Shown piece after piece: positions 49,776 to 58,526 of a stretch of DNA of 64,000 nt; the first letter of the stretch is position 1; every line of letters begins with the position of its first letter. The DNA comes from an uncultured Acetatifactor sp. (lineage in GTDB: Bacteria; Bacillota; Clostridia; Lachnospirales; Lachnospiraceae): assembly GCA_964475665.1 (NCBI GenBank), contig CAYZAU010000011.1, forward strand, positions 3,520 through 67,519, written 5' to 3'. A program made the translations under genes and the position numbers. Below the pieces are notes generated by a model, which worked only from the letters and a program-made list of their open reading frames with translations, made no database searches and was not told the DNA's origin.

Positions 49776-52211
49776 ATGACCCGACTGTGGTATAAAAAGC
49801 CCGCTGCGGAATGGGAGGAAGCGCTTCCCGTTGGAAACGGCAGACTGGGTGCCATGATTTACGGCGGAGTGGACAGAGAGCTGCTGCAGGTAAACGAGGA
49901 GAGTATGTGGTTTGGGGGAGCGGTCAACAGACATAATCCCGATGCGCGCGAAAACCTCCCCCTCATCAGGGAATATCTGGACAAGGGAGAAATCAGCAGG
50001 GCAGAGAGGCTGATGGAGACTGCTCTGTCAGGCTGTCCGGACAGTATGCACGCCTACCAGACGCTGGGCGAGATTCATTTTTTCTTTGACGAAATGAAGA
50101 ATGCCAGAGACAGGAAAAGCAATAAAATCGGAAAACCGGAGCTGTGTCCGGGGACAGAGAACTTTGAGCGGAGCCTGAATCTGGAGGATGCTGTGAGCCG
50201 GGTGAGCTTTCGCTGCGGAAATACTGTGTACCGGAGGGAATATTTTGCGTCGCATCCCGCGGACTGTCTGGTGATGCGCTTTCAGGCAGAAGGGGAGGAG
50301 CGACTGGGCTTTCTTGCCCGCCTGCGCAGGGGAAAGTGGTTTGACGGCGTGAAAAAAACGTGCGACAACGGCATTCTCCTGTATGGGAATCTTGGAAGAG
50401 GCGGCTGCGAATTTGCCATGGAGCTTCGGGCAAGGACAGTGGGCGGCAGGGTCTGTGTGGTGGGAGAATCCTTAAAGGTGGAGGATGCCCGCGAGGTCGA
50501 GCTTGTCTTTACGGCGGACACGACAAACCAGTATTCCGGCGCGGAAAAGGATGCATGGGTGAGGGAGTACCGGGTACAGGAGCAGGCGCTTTCGGAGGGG
50601 CTTTCTGAGGAGCTTTCTGAGGAGGAGCGTCGGGAATACCGCTATCAGGCGGCGCTTCGGGCGTTTCTGGAGGAAAAGCTGTCTGAGAGAATCCGCCGCG
50701 CCATGGAAAAGACCTATGACGAGCTGCTTGAGGAGCATGAGAGGGACTACGGAAGTCTTTACGGAAGATTTGAATTTTGTCTGGCGGGTACGGAAAAGTA
50801 TGATGCCCTTCCGACTGACATCCGTCTGCAGAACGCACAAAAAGGGCAGGCAGACTCAGGCTTAAGCAAAATGCTGTTTGACTTTGGCAGATATCTCACG
50901 ATAGCCGCCAGCAGAAAGGAGGGGCTTCCCACCACTCTGCAGGGACTGTGGAATAAGGAGTTTTTCCCGCCCTGGGACAGCAAGTACACCATAAACATCA
51001 ATACGGAGATGAACTATTGGCACGTGGAGGAGTGCAATCTTTCGGAATGCCATCTGCCGCTGTTCCGGCTGCTGGAGAAGGTGCAAAAAAACGGGAGATA
51101 TACCGCGTCACAAATGTATGGCTGTCGCGGCTTTGTGGCACATCATAACACCGACATCCATGGAGACAGTGCACCTCAGGACGTGTGGTATCCGGGCTCT
51201 TATTGGACGCTTGGGGGAGCATGGCTTTCCACGCATCTCTGGAAGCACTACCAGTACACACGGGACAGGCAATTTTTGGAGAAGGCATTTCCGGTTATGG
51301 CAGAGGCGGCGCTGTTCTTTCTGGATTTCCTGATTGAGAAGGACGGATATCTTGTGACAAGCCCGTCAGTTTCTCCGGAAAACACATACATACTGCCGGG
51401 AGGCGAAAGAGGAGCCTGCTGTATCGGTGCGACCATGGACAACCAGATACTGCGGGATTTGTTCGACAGCTGTATGAAGGCATGGGAGGCGCTGGACAAA
51501 AGGGCACCGGAGGACTGCCACATAGCGGGTGTGGAGAGTATTCCCGGGCTGATGGAGGAAATTGCAGCCTGCAGAAGCCGTCTGATGCCGGATCGCATCA
51601 GCGAAAGCGGACGCATCATGGAATGGATGGAGGACTATGAGGAGGCGGACCCGGGGCACAGACATATTTCCCATCTGTACGGGCTTTATCCCGCAGGACA
51701 GATTACGGTGGACGGGACACCGCAGCTGGCAGCAGCCGCCGAGAAAACGCTGGAATACCGGCTGGCACATGGCGGCGGACATACCGGCTGGAGCCGGGCA
51801 TGGATTATGAATCATTATGCCAGTCTCTGGAATGCAGAGAAGACATACGAAAATATAGAAAAGATGCTGGAGGCTTCCACCTATCCGAATCTCTTTGACC
51901 GACATCCGCCCTTCCAGATTGACGGGAATTTCGGTGCCTGTGCAGCGATGTGCCGGATGCTGGCACAGAGCAGTGAGGAGAGGCTTGTCCTCTTGCCCGC
52001 CCTTCCTTCGGAGTGGCGGACCGGCTCTGTCAGGGGCATGCGGCTTGTGGGCAACGCGGAGCTTTCCATGCGCTGGGCGGACGGCAGGCTGGAGTGGGCT
52101 GCCATCCGGGCAGATTCTGATTTTGACACGACTGTCATTTATAAGGGAAGGAGTGTACGCCTTACCCTGAAGGCGGGCGAAAAAAGAGAGCTAGACGCGG
52201 CTTGTCTGTGA
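49776..52211 (+). CDS. GH95 family alpha-L-fucosidase-like glycoside hydrolase (cytoplasmic)
   Basis: LWYKKPAAEWEEALPVGNGRLGAM, LQGLWN...WDSKYTININTEMNYW, PSVSPEN, HRHISHLYGLYP, TGWSRAW, HPPFQIDGNFG; SD GGGAGGT. Confidence 0.93.
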   Translation: MTRLWYKKPAAEWEEALPVGNGRLGAMIYGGVDRELLQVNEESMWFGGAVNRHNPDARENLPLIREYLDKGEISRAERLMETALSGCPDSMHAYQTLGEIHFFFDEMKNARDRKSNKIGKPELCPGTENFERSLNLEDAVSRVSFRCGNTVYRREYFASHPADCLVMRFQAEGEERLGFLARLRRGKWFDGVKKTCDNGILLYGNLGRGGCEFAMELRARTVGGRVCVVGESLKVEDAREVELVFTADTTNQYSGAEKDAWVREYRVQEQALSEGLSEELSEEERREYRYQAALRAFLEEKLSERIRRAMEKTYDELLEEHERDYGSLYGRFEFCLAGTEKYDALPTDIRLQNAQKGQADSGLSKMLFDFGRYLTIAASRKEGLPTTLQGLWNKEFFPPWDSKYTININTEMNYWHVEECNLSECHLPLFRLLEKVQKNGRYTASQMYGCRGFVAHHNTDIHGDSAPQDVWYPGSYWTLGGAWLSTHLWKHYQYTRDRQFLEKAFPVMAEAALFFLDFLIEKDGYLVTSPSVSPENTYILPGGERGACCIGATMDNQILRDLFDSCMKAWEALDKRAPEDCHIAGVESIPGLMEEIAACRSRLMPDRISESGRIMEWMEDYEEADPGHRHISHLYGLYPAGQITVDGTPQLAAAAEKTLEYRLAHGGGHTGWSRAWIMNHYASLWNAEKTYENIEKMLEASTYPNLFDRHPPFQIDGNFGACAAMCRMLAQSSEERLVLLPALPSEWRTGSVRGMRLVGNAELSMRWADGRLEWAAIRADSDFDTTVIYKGRSVRLTLKAGEKRELDAACL

Positions 52212-52232
52212 CATCCTCGGAAGGAGGACAGT

Positions 52233-54521
52233 GTGAAGAGACGCGTTTTCATAATATTCAGGTCGACGGCGGCGACAAGGAGGGAAAGAGTGAAAAGAGT
52301 CCTTAAAAATTCCGTGTCCAGATTCTTGATTTCTTACATACTGGTGCTGGTGGTACCGCTTTTAATTGCAACCATAGGATTTCAGGTGGCATTTCAGATT
52401 GTGGAGGAAAACCTGAAGGTGACCCATCTCAATATGCTGCAGCGGAGTGCTGACGTGATAGAGAGTGAGCTGATAGACATGGAGTCTGTCGCACTGCAGA
52501 TGGCGAATTCCGGAAATATGCTGGAGATGGCGGCAAAGAAAAAGGGAAGCGATAACTATATTCTGACGGCACTGGAGGCACTGGAGGACTTCACCCTGTA
52601 CCTGAATTATCAGGACATTGACCTGATGAGCTCCAATACCTCCTACATTTACTTTCGCAATACCAATCTGGTGATGTTTGAGAAGAGCTATTATAAGCCC
52701 GGTATCTTTAAGACTTATTTAAAGAGCTGGGGAATTGATTATGATGAGTGGCTGAAGGAGATGACAGGGGCGGAGTTGGTTGCGCCGCAGTTTCGGCGGA
52801 TGGGCGATGGCTTTGAATATGTATTTCCTTTTTCCAAGCTGATGTTCGGCGAAAGACAGGCTGTGATTGTATTCAGAATTGACGAGGATGTCATTTTTGA
52901 AAAAATGAAGTTTATCAACAATCTGGAGAGCCGCGAGACTTATCTGGTGGAGATTTTGGATGAGAACGGTGAGCAGCTGTGGGTTTCAAACACGCTGGAG
53001 GAGTTTCCGGAGCTGTCGGCTGAGGAGCTGTCGGACGGATATCTGGAGAAGGACGGACTCAGCATCATCGCCACGCGCTCGGAGAAGCTGAACTGGTATT
53101 ATGTGCTGGCACTTCCGGTGAAGGAGAGCCTTTCCGAGCTCAGCGCGTTAAAGAATACCATCGTCTTCTTGATGGTGGTGGCAATGCTGGGCAGTGTCTG
53201 TCTGTCACTTGTTCAGGCGGTGCGAAAGGGAAAGCCTGTGGACGTGGCGCTTCAGGCACTGACTCCGGAGGGCGAGGCACCTGAGCAGTATGCGAACTTA
53301 GGGACGGCGGTGTCGGAGATTGTAAAACGGCATGAGGATGTGCTGCGTGAGGCGGAGCTGAATAAGTTTTCCCTGCAGAAGCATTTCTTTGACGAGCTGC
53401 TAAAGGCGGAATTCAGTACGGAGATGGAGCTGAAGACGGCAGCCGCAAAGGTCGGGCTAAACATTGACAACCAGATTTACCAGACTGCTTACATTCAGAT
53501 TTTTGCGGAGAATGATTTTTCCACGGTGGATGAACAGACCATGAATGAAATCAGAGTGCTTTCCCAGCTGATGAAAAACCGTCTGCGGGAGCTGAGCGGA
53601 AACAACGTCTGGTTTCACAAAAAGAATTACAATTCCGAGATTGCCATTTTTGCCATCGACCACATGGAGGAGGATGTCATAGAGCTGATTCGCGAGACAA
53701 AGGACTGGATGGTACAGGAGTGCCAGATAGAAATTTGCAGCGGCATCGGCGGAACCTGTAATAATCTGCTGCTCATCTGGCGTTCCATGGAAGAGGCAGG
53801 CATTGCGCTGGAAAACTGCACCCGTGAGTGTCCTGTGGTAGGGTATCGGGCAGAGCTGGTCAACAGCGGAGAGTACTATTTTCCGTCCATTGCGGCAGAT
53901 AAGCTGGAGCTTTGCCTGAAGTCCGGGCAGTGGCAGGAGGCAAAGGACATCCTGCTGCTTCTGGAGACGGAAAACTGCCTCAACAGAAATCTGCGCAGGA
54001 ACCAGTTTATGAAGCTGAATCGAAAGCTGATGGATATTCTGGGCGGTATCTGGAAGCAGGAGGAGTTTAGTGAGAAGGTTTTCTGGATTAACGAGGTGCT
54101 GATGGAACCGGAAATTTCCAAGCAGGAATATTTCCACAGGCTTCGTCAGACCTGCCGCAGGGTGTGCAACGATAATGTGGAAAAGAAGCAGGAGCAGCGC
54201 GGACAGCTGGTGGAGGAAATCAAAGCCTATATACGTGCCCATTACTGTGAATCAGATATGGGACTTGCGCGGGTCGGAGGCGAATTCCGGGTGTCGGAGA
54301 GCTATCTTTCCACGGTGTTCAAGGAGCAGTCCGGGGGAAACTTTGCTGACTATCTGGAGACGCTTCGTATAGAGAAGGCATGTGAGCTGCTGCAGGACAG
54401 GCAGCTGACCGTAAATGACGTGGCAGAGACGGTGGGCTACAATAGTGTTCAGTCCTTCCGACGCGCCTTTAAGCGGGTAAAGGGAGTCAGTCCCAAGGAG
54501 CTGCGCGGCGGGGAAGAGTAA
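52233..54521 (+). CDS. Membrane-spanning AraC-family regulator (YesS-like: 2 TM sensor + C-terminal HTH)
   Basis: Two TM flanking a ~270-aa loop; C-terminal SESYLSTVFK...LRIEKACELL...VAETVGYNSVQSFRRAFKRVKGVSP; alternative GTG start at 52290. Confidence 0.9.
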   Translation: MKRRVFIIFRSTAATRRERVKRVLKNSVSRFLISYILVLVVPLLIATIGFQVAFQIVEENLKVTHLNMLQRSADVIESELIDMESVALQMANSGNMLEMAAKKKGSDNYILTALEALEDFTLYLNYQDIDLMSSNTSYIYFRNTNLVMFEKSYYKPGIFKTYLKSWGIDYDEWLKEMTGAELVAPQFRRMGDGFEYVFPFSKLMFGERQAVIVFRIDEDVIFEKMKFINNLESRETYLVEILDENGEQLWVSNTLEEFPELSAEELSDGYLEKDGLSIIATRSEKLNWYYVLALPVKESLSELSALKNTIVFLMVVAMLGSVCLSLVQAVRKGKPVDVALQALTPEGEAPEQYANLGTAVSEIVKRHEDVLREAELNKFSLQKHFFDELLKAEFSTEMELKTAAAKVGLNIDNQIYQTAYIQIFAENDFSTVDEQTMNEIRVLSQLMKNRLRELSGNNVWFHKKNYNSEIAIFAIDHMEEDVIELIRETKDWMVQECQIEICSGIGGTCNNLLLIWRSMEEAGIALENCTRECPVVGYRAELVNSGEYYFPSIAADKLELCLKSGQWQEAKDILLLLETENCLNRNLRRNQFMKLNRKLMDILGGIWKQEEFSEKVFWINEVLMEPEISKQEYFHRLRQTCRRVCNDNVEKKQEQRGQLVEEIKAYIRAHYCESDMGLARVGGEFRVSESYLSTVFKEQSGGNFADYLETLRIEKACELLQDRQLTVNDVAETVGYNSVQSFRRAFKRVKGVSPKELRGGEE

Positions 54522-54588
54522 AAGAGACGGCAAAAGGCGCAGTGAGAGGATAAAGGGCGCGGCAAAGGGCAGAAAGCGCGGCGCAGAA

Positions 54589-56736
54589 ATGAGGAGGAAT
54601 ATGGAGGATATCTTTGCGGTTATCAGGGAGGGAAGGCTGGAGACTCTGAGGGAATTTATGGTGGAGCATCCCAGAGGAATGAATGTGCAGACTCAGGAAG
54701 GTGTCTGGGCATTACAGGAAATCCTGCGGCGCGGGGACTTCGAGATGGCACGGTTTGCAGTAGAGTATACCATTGTAAACCTAAATCTGATAGACAGGGC
54801 AGGAAATACCGTGCTGCATTACGGTGTGGAATCCGGTAATCCGGAGCTGGTAAGGTATCTGGTTGAGAGAGTAGGCTGTTCCGTTGTACAGGCAAACAGG
54901 GCGGGCGAGACGCCGCTTGATTTGGCACAGCGGCTTGGTTACGGCAGGATACAGAGCTTTTTTGAGGAAAAGCTGGGTGTAAAAGCGGGGCAGCTGTATC
55001 ACAATCCCGTCTGCCCGGGAATGCATCCTGACCCTTCCATTGTCAGAGTGGGAGAGGACTATTATATGGTGCACTCCTCCTTTCTGTATTTTCCCTGTAT
55101 TCCGGTGTCGCATTCCAGAGACCTGATTCATTGGGAGGTGATAGGCCATGCAATCACAAATCCAAGCTGGGGACGGCTGCAGGGGCTGGACGGCGGAAGG
55201 GGGTACTGGGCACCGGACATCTCCTATTACGGGGGAAGATTTTACATTACGGCTACCTATCGCCTGAACGAGGGAGGAATGCCTCAGCGCCTGCAGATGG
55301 TAACCTCCTCAGAGAGACCGGAGGGCCCTTATGAGAAGCCGGTTTTTCTGGAGGAGGACGGAATAGACCCGTCCATTTTTACGGATGTGGATCAAAGGAG
55401 ATATATGCTCTTAAACCGCGGCGCGAGGATTTTTGAAATCAGCCCGGACGGGAGGGAAATTCTCTCTGAGCCGAAGCTGCTCTGGTACGGAGACTGCAAA
55501 AAGGCGACAGAGGGTCCCCATATGCTGTATAAGGACGGCTATTATTATCTCTTTATGGCGGAGGGAGGAACAGGGAAGGGACACCGGGTGACAGTGGCGC
55601 GCTCCCGGGAGCTGATGGGAGTCTATGAGTCCTGTCCCCACAATCCCATCCTGCGCCAGTGGGACGAGCAGGGGAGGCTGCAGTGCTGTGGGCACGGAAT
55701 GCCTGTGGAAACGCAGGACGGGGACTGGTATATGGTGTATCTGTGTAACCGCGCGGGCGAGGGAGGCTATGCCACGCTGGGGCGGGAGACGGCGCTGGAG
55801 CCCATGAGCTGGACGGCAGACGGCTGGCCGGTTGTCAATCAGCATCGGGGACCGTCTGACCAGCAGAAGAAGCCCGTACTGACAGGAATAAAGGAAAGCA
55901 GTGCCGGACGGAGTAAGACTTTGGGAGCAGAACAAGAAGACGCCGGATATAATGCTGCCGAAGAAGCAGGGGGCGTCCCGTGGATGCCTGACCCGGAGAA
56001 TGACAGATGGGGAGAATGGTCCACCATCCGCGGGTTTGTGCCGGGTACCTTTTCGCGGGAGGCAGGAGAGCTTGTCATAAACGGAAATGGAAGGGATTTG
56101 AATACCTCGGATTATTGCAGCCTCTTACTGCAGCATCAGAGCGCTTTTTGCTTTGAAATGGGCTGCAGGGTATCAGTGGCACGCCGCTGTACCGCACGCG
56201 AGGAGACTGTGCAGGGAGAGACTGCGCAGAAAAAAGCTGTGCGCGAAGGGAATGTGCGGGAAGAAGCTGCAGGCAGAGAGAATGTGTATGAAGAGAGTGG
56301 ACAGGAGGACTGGGATGCCGGGCTGACCTGCTATTATGACGAGAACAGCTATCTGAAGCTTGCACTGGCAAAAAGAGGTGGAAAACCGGGCATTCTGGCG
56401 GCAGAGTATGTGGATAACGGTTACGTGACGGAGTATTTTCTGCCGATTGAAAACAGGCATGAGGGAAACGGGTGCGCGGGAAGCGGGTGTGAGGAAAGCG
56501 GACGCGAGGAGGACATCCTGACGGCAGAGCTGAAAATCGTGACGGAGGATTTAAGGAGAAGTCTGTATTACCGGGATGGCGGCAGCTGGCGGACGGCAGC
56601 GGTATTTGAAAATACCTCCTACCTAAGCAGTGAGGGACTGCAAAAGGGCAAGCGCTTTACCGGGGCGGCAGCAGGGTTATACGTCAATGGAAGACAGCGG
56701 GGAAGATTTACGGAATTTTACAGGAAGGACAGCTGA
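54589..56736 (+). CDS. Ankyrin-repeat / GH43 glycoside hydrolase fusion (beta-xylosidase/arabinofuranosidase-like, with C-terminal beta-sandwich)
   Basis: Ankyrin motifs DRAGNTVLHYGVESGNPELVRYLVE and NRAGETPLDLA; GH43 motifs HPDPSI, WAPDI, IDPSIF, TEGPH; C-terminal KRFTGA; alternative start 54601. Confidence 0.9.
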   Translation: MRRNMEDIFAVIREGRLETLREFMVEHPRGMNVQTQEGVWALQEILRRGDFEMARFAVEYTIVNLNLIDRAGNTVLHYGVESGNPELVRYLVERVGCSVVQANRAGETPLDLAQRLGYGRIQSFFEEKLGVKAGQLYHNPVCPGMHPDPSIVRVGEDYYMVHSSFLYFPCIPVSHSRDLIHWEVIGHAITNPSWGRLQGLDGGRGYWAPDISYYGGRFYITATYRLNEGGMPQRLQMVTSSERPEGPYEKPVFLEEDGIDPSIFTDVDQRRYMLLNRGARIFEISPDGREILSEPKLLWYGDCKKATEGPHMLYKDGYYYLFMAEGGTGKGHRVTVARSRELMGVYESCPHNPILRQWDEQGRLQCCGHGMPVETQDGDWYMVYLCNRAGEGGYATLGRETALEPMSWTADGWPVVNQHRGPSDQQKKPVLTGIKESSAGRSKTLGAEQEDAGYNAAEEAGGVPWMPDPENDRWGEWSTIRGFVPGTFSREAGELVINGNGRDLNTSDYCSLLLQHQSAFCFEMGCRVSVARRCTAREETVQGETAQKKAVREGNVREEAAGRENVYEESGQEDWDAGLTCYYDENSYLKLALAKRGGKPGILAAEYVDNGYVTEYFLPIENRHEGNGCAGSGCEESGREEDILTAELKIVTEDLRRSLYYRDGGSWRTAAVFENTSYLSSEGLQKGKRFTGAAAGLYVNGRQRGRFTEFYRKDS

Positions 56737-56793
56737 AAAGTCCGGAAGCTGAAGATCCGGAAGCTGAAAGCCCGGAAGCTGAAAGTCCGGAAG
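56731..56793 (+). repeat. Tandem repeat, 15-16 bp x 4, starting at the GH43 stop codon
   Basis: Units AGCTGAAAAGTCCGGA, AGCTGAAGATCCGGA, AGCTGAAAGCCCGGA, AGCTGAAAGTCCGGA at 56731, 56747, 56762, 56777. Confidence 0.9.
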
Positions 56794-56841
56794 AAAAAAA
56801 GCCCGAAAAAGTAAAAGGCTGACAAAACCAAAAGCCTCAGT

Positions 56842-56946
56842 AAATAAAACCCCCAGAAAGGGAGGATGCCAAGGAACAGGATTCCTTGGCATTTATTATG
56901 AAAAAGTTTTTCAGTAAACAAATTGCTGTGTTTATCTGTTGTCTAT
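56842..56946 (-). ncRNA. Candidate trans-acting small RNA with anti-SD and anti-start-codon segments (csRNA-like architecture)
   Basis: Minus-strand -10 TATACT (56958-56953) with TTAGAC direct repeats; 5' hairpin; AAAAACUUUUUCAUAAUAA; 11-bp hairpin; CCUCCC-uuucu-GGGGG-UUUUAUUU terminator. Confidence 0.6.
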
Positions 56947-57038
56947 GGTCTTAGTATAGTCTAAGAAAATGTCTAAAGAATGTGGTTAAATTGAAAAAAT
57001 CTTAAACTAATTATGAACAAAATATGAATGACACTTTT

Positions 57039-57569
57039 TTAACGTTCTGCCAGCTTCTCGGGTTCAGGGTATTCCACGCCGAAGGTGTCCACTGTTACGG
57101 TCTCCATAATCTGCGGCTCAAGAGGCTTGTCATTCCAGTCTGTCCTGCACTCGGCAATCCGATTTACCACATCCATGCCCTCGATGACCTTGCCGAAGGC
57201 GGCATACTGTCCGTCCAGATGCGGCGAGCTCTTGTGCATGATGAAAAACTGGCTGCCGGCGGAGTCGGGAATCATGGTTCTTGCCATGGAAAGAACTCCC
57301 TCCGTGTGCTTTAAATTGTTTTCCACACCGTTCTGAGAAAACTCTCCCCTGATGCTGTAGCCGGGGCCTCCCATGCCCGTGCCGTCGGGACAGCCTCCCT
57401 GAATCATAAAGCCCTTGATGACACGGTGAAAAATAAGTCCGTCATAGTAGCTCTTCTGAATCAGGCTGATAAAGTTGTTGACGGAAATGGGGGCGATTTC
57501 AGGATAAAGCTCAGCCCTGATGACATCGCCGCCCTTCATTGTGATGGTTACAATCGGATTCTGTGCCAT
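57039..57569 (-). CDS. ppiB: Peptidyl-prolyl cis-trans isomerase, cyclophilin type
   Basis: YYDGLIFHRVIKGFMIQGGCPDGTGMGGPGY, LSMAR, SAGSQFFI, HLDGQYAAFGKV; SD TGGAGA before ATG 57569. Confidence 0.95.
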   Translation of the reverse strand: MAQNPIVTITMKGGDVIRAELYPEIAPISVNNFISLIQKSYYDGLIFHRVIKGFMIQGGCPDGTGMGGPGYSIRGEFSQNGVENNLKHTEGVLSMARTMIPDSAGSQFFIMHKSSPHLDGQYAAFGKVIEGMDVVNRIAECRTDWNDKPLEPQIMETVTVDTFGVEYPEPEKLAER

Positions 57570-57696
57570 AATAATCTCCATTCCGCAGACGCCTTGCGTC
57601 TCCATTTTTTCAGATTCACTTTTCTGTTTTGCGTGAGTCATGTATAATTGATTGTAGCCTAAAAGAGAAAACGCGTAAAGGGGAAAATGGATAAAA

Positions 57697-58452
57697 ATGA
57701 GTTATTGCAAAAAACTCACAATAGACTTAGGGGAGGAGGGCGGCATTCTGTACGTCACGGATGATTCCGGGAAGGCGAAAGAGCTGCGGGAGTCCGGGGA
57801 GGCGGTGCTGGTGCATCTGCACGAGGGAAACCGGAATCAGGATTTCTCGGATTTTCTCTTTGCGGTGGAGGACCCGGACTGGTCGGATACGGACTATCAG
57901 GAAAGGGTATTCCGCAGGCTTAAAAATCTCCCATGGAGGATTCTGGAGACGGAGAGATGTCTGATTCGGGAGACGACCGTGGCGGATGTGGACGCTTTTT
58001 ATGAAATATACGCAAACCCTGCCATCACAAGATATATGGAGGGGCTTTATCCGGACCCGGAGCAGGAAAGGCAGTATGTGAAGGAATATATTGAGAAGAT
58101 TTATACCTATTATGAGTACGGCGTGTGGACGGTGGTGGAGAAGGAAAGCGGCTCAGTCATCGGGAGAGCGGGACTGTCTGCCCGCGCGGGCTACAGAGAG
58201 CCGGAGCTGGGCTTTCTCATCGGGGCGGACTGGCAGCAAAGAGGCTATGCGGAGGAGGTTTGCAGAGGGATTTTGGAGTTTGCGGGAAGCCGGCTGGGCT
58301 TTGAGAGGGTGCAGGTGCTGGTGCAGACGGGAAACGAACCCTCTCTGCGGCTCTGCCGGAAGCTGGGCTTTTGCGGGGAGGAAAGAGTAGAGCTGAACGG
58401 GACGGAGCATTACAGACTGCTTTTGGATTTGACTTGCCCTGTGGGAGAGTGA
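57697..58452 (+). CDS. RimJ/RimL-type GNAT acetyltransferase with N-terminal extra domain
   Basis: ILETERCLIRE, VIGRAGL, ELGFLIG..WQQRGYAEE, NEPSLRLCRKLGF. Confidence 0.87.
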   Translation: MSYCKKLTIDLGEEGGILYVTDDSGKAKELRESGEAVLVHLHEGNRNQDFSDFLFAVEDPDWSDTDYQERVFRRLKNLPWRILETERCLIRETTVADVDAFYEIYANPAITRYMEGLYPDPEQERQYVKEYIEKIYTYYEYGVWTVVEKESGSVIGRAGLSARAGYREPELGFLIGADWQQRGYAEEVCRGILEFAGSRLGFERVQVLVQTGNEPSLRLCRKLGFCGEERVELNGTEHYRLLLDLTCPVGE

Positions 58453-58526
58453 TAGACTATAAGGAACAGAAAAGCCCTTTGGCGGATGCGGTCCGGGGGA
58501 ATGGCTTTGAGAAGGAGGTTTAACTG

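Noticed and set aside
56898-56954. 18-aa hydrophobic ORF MKKFFSKQIAVFICCLWS as a type I toxin
   Set aside because: The SD is 32 nt away behind a hairpin, no plus-strand promoter is seen and the peptide is short for a TM helix; kept only as an alternative to the sRNA reading
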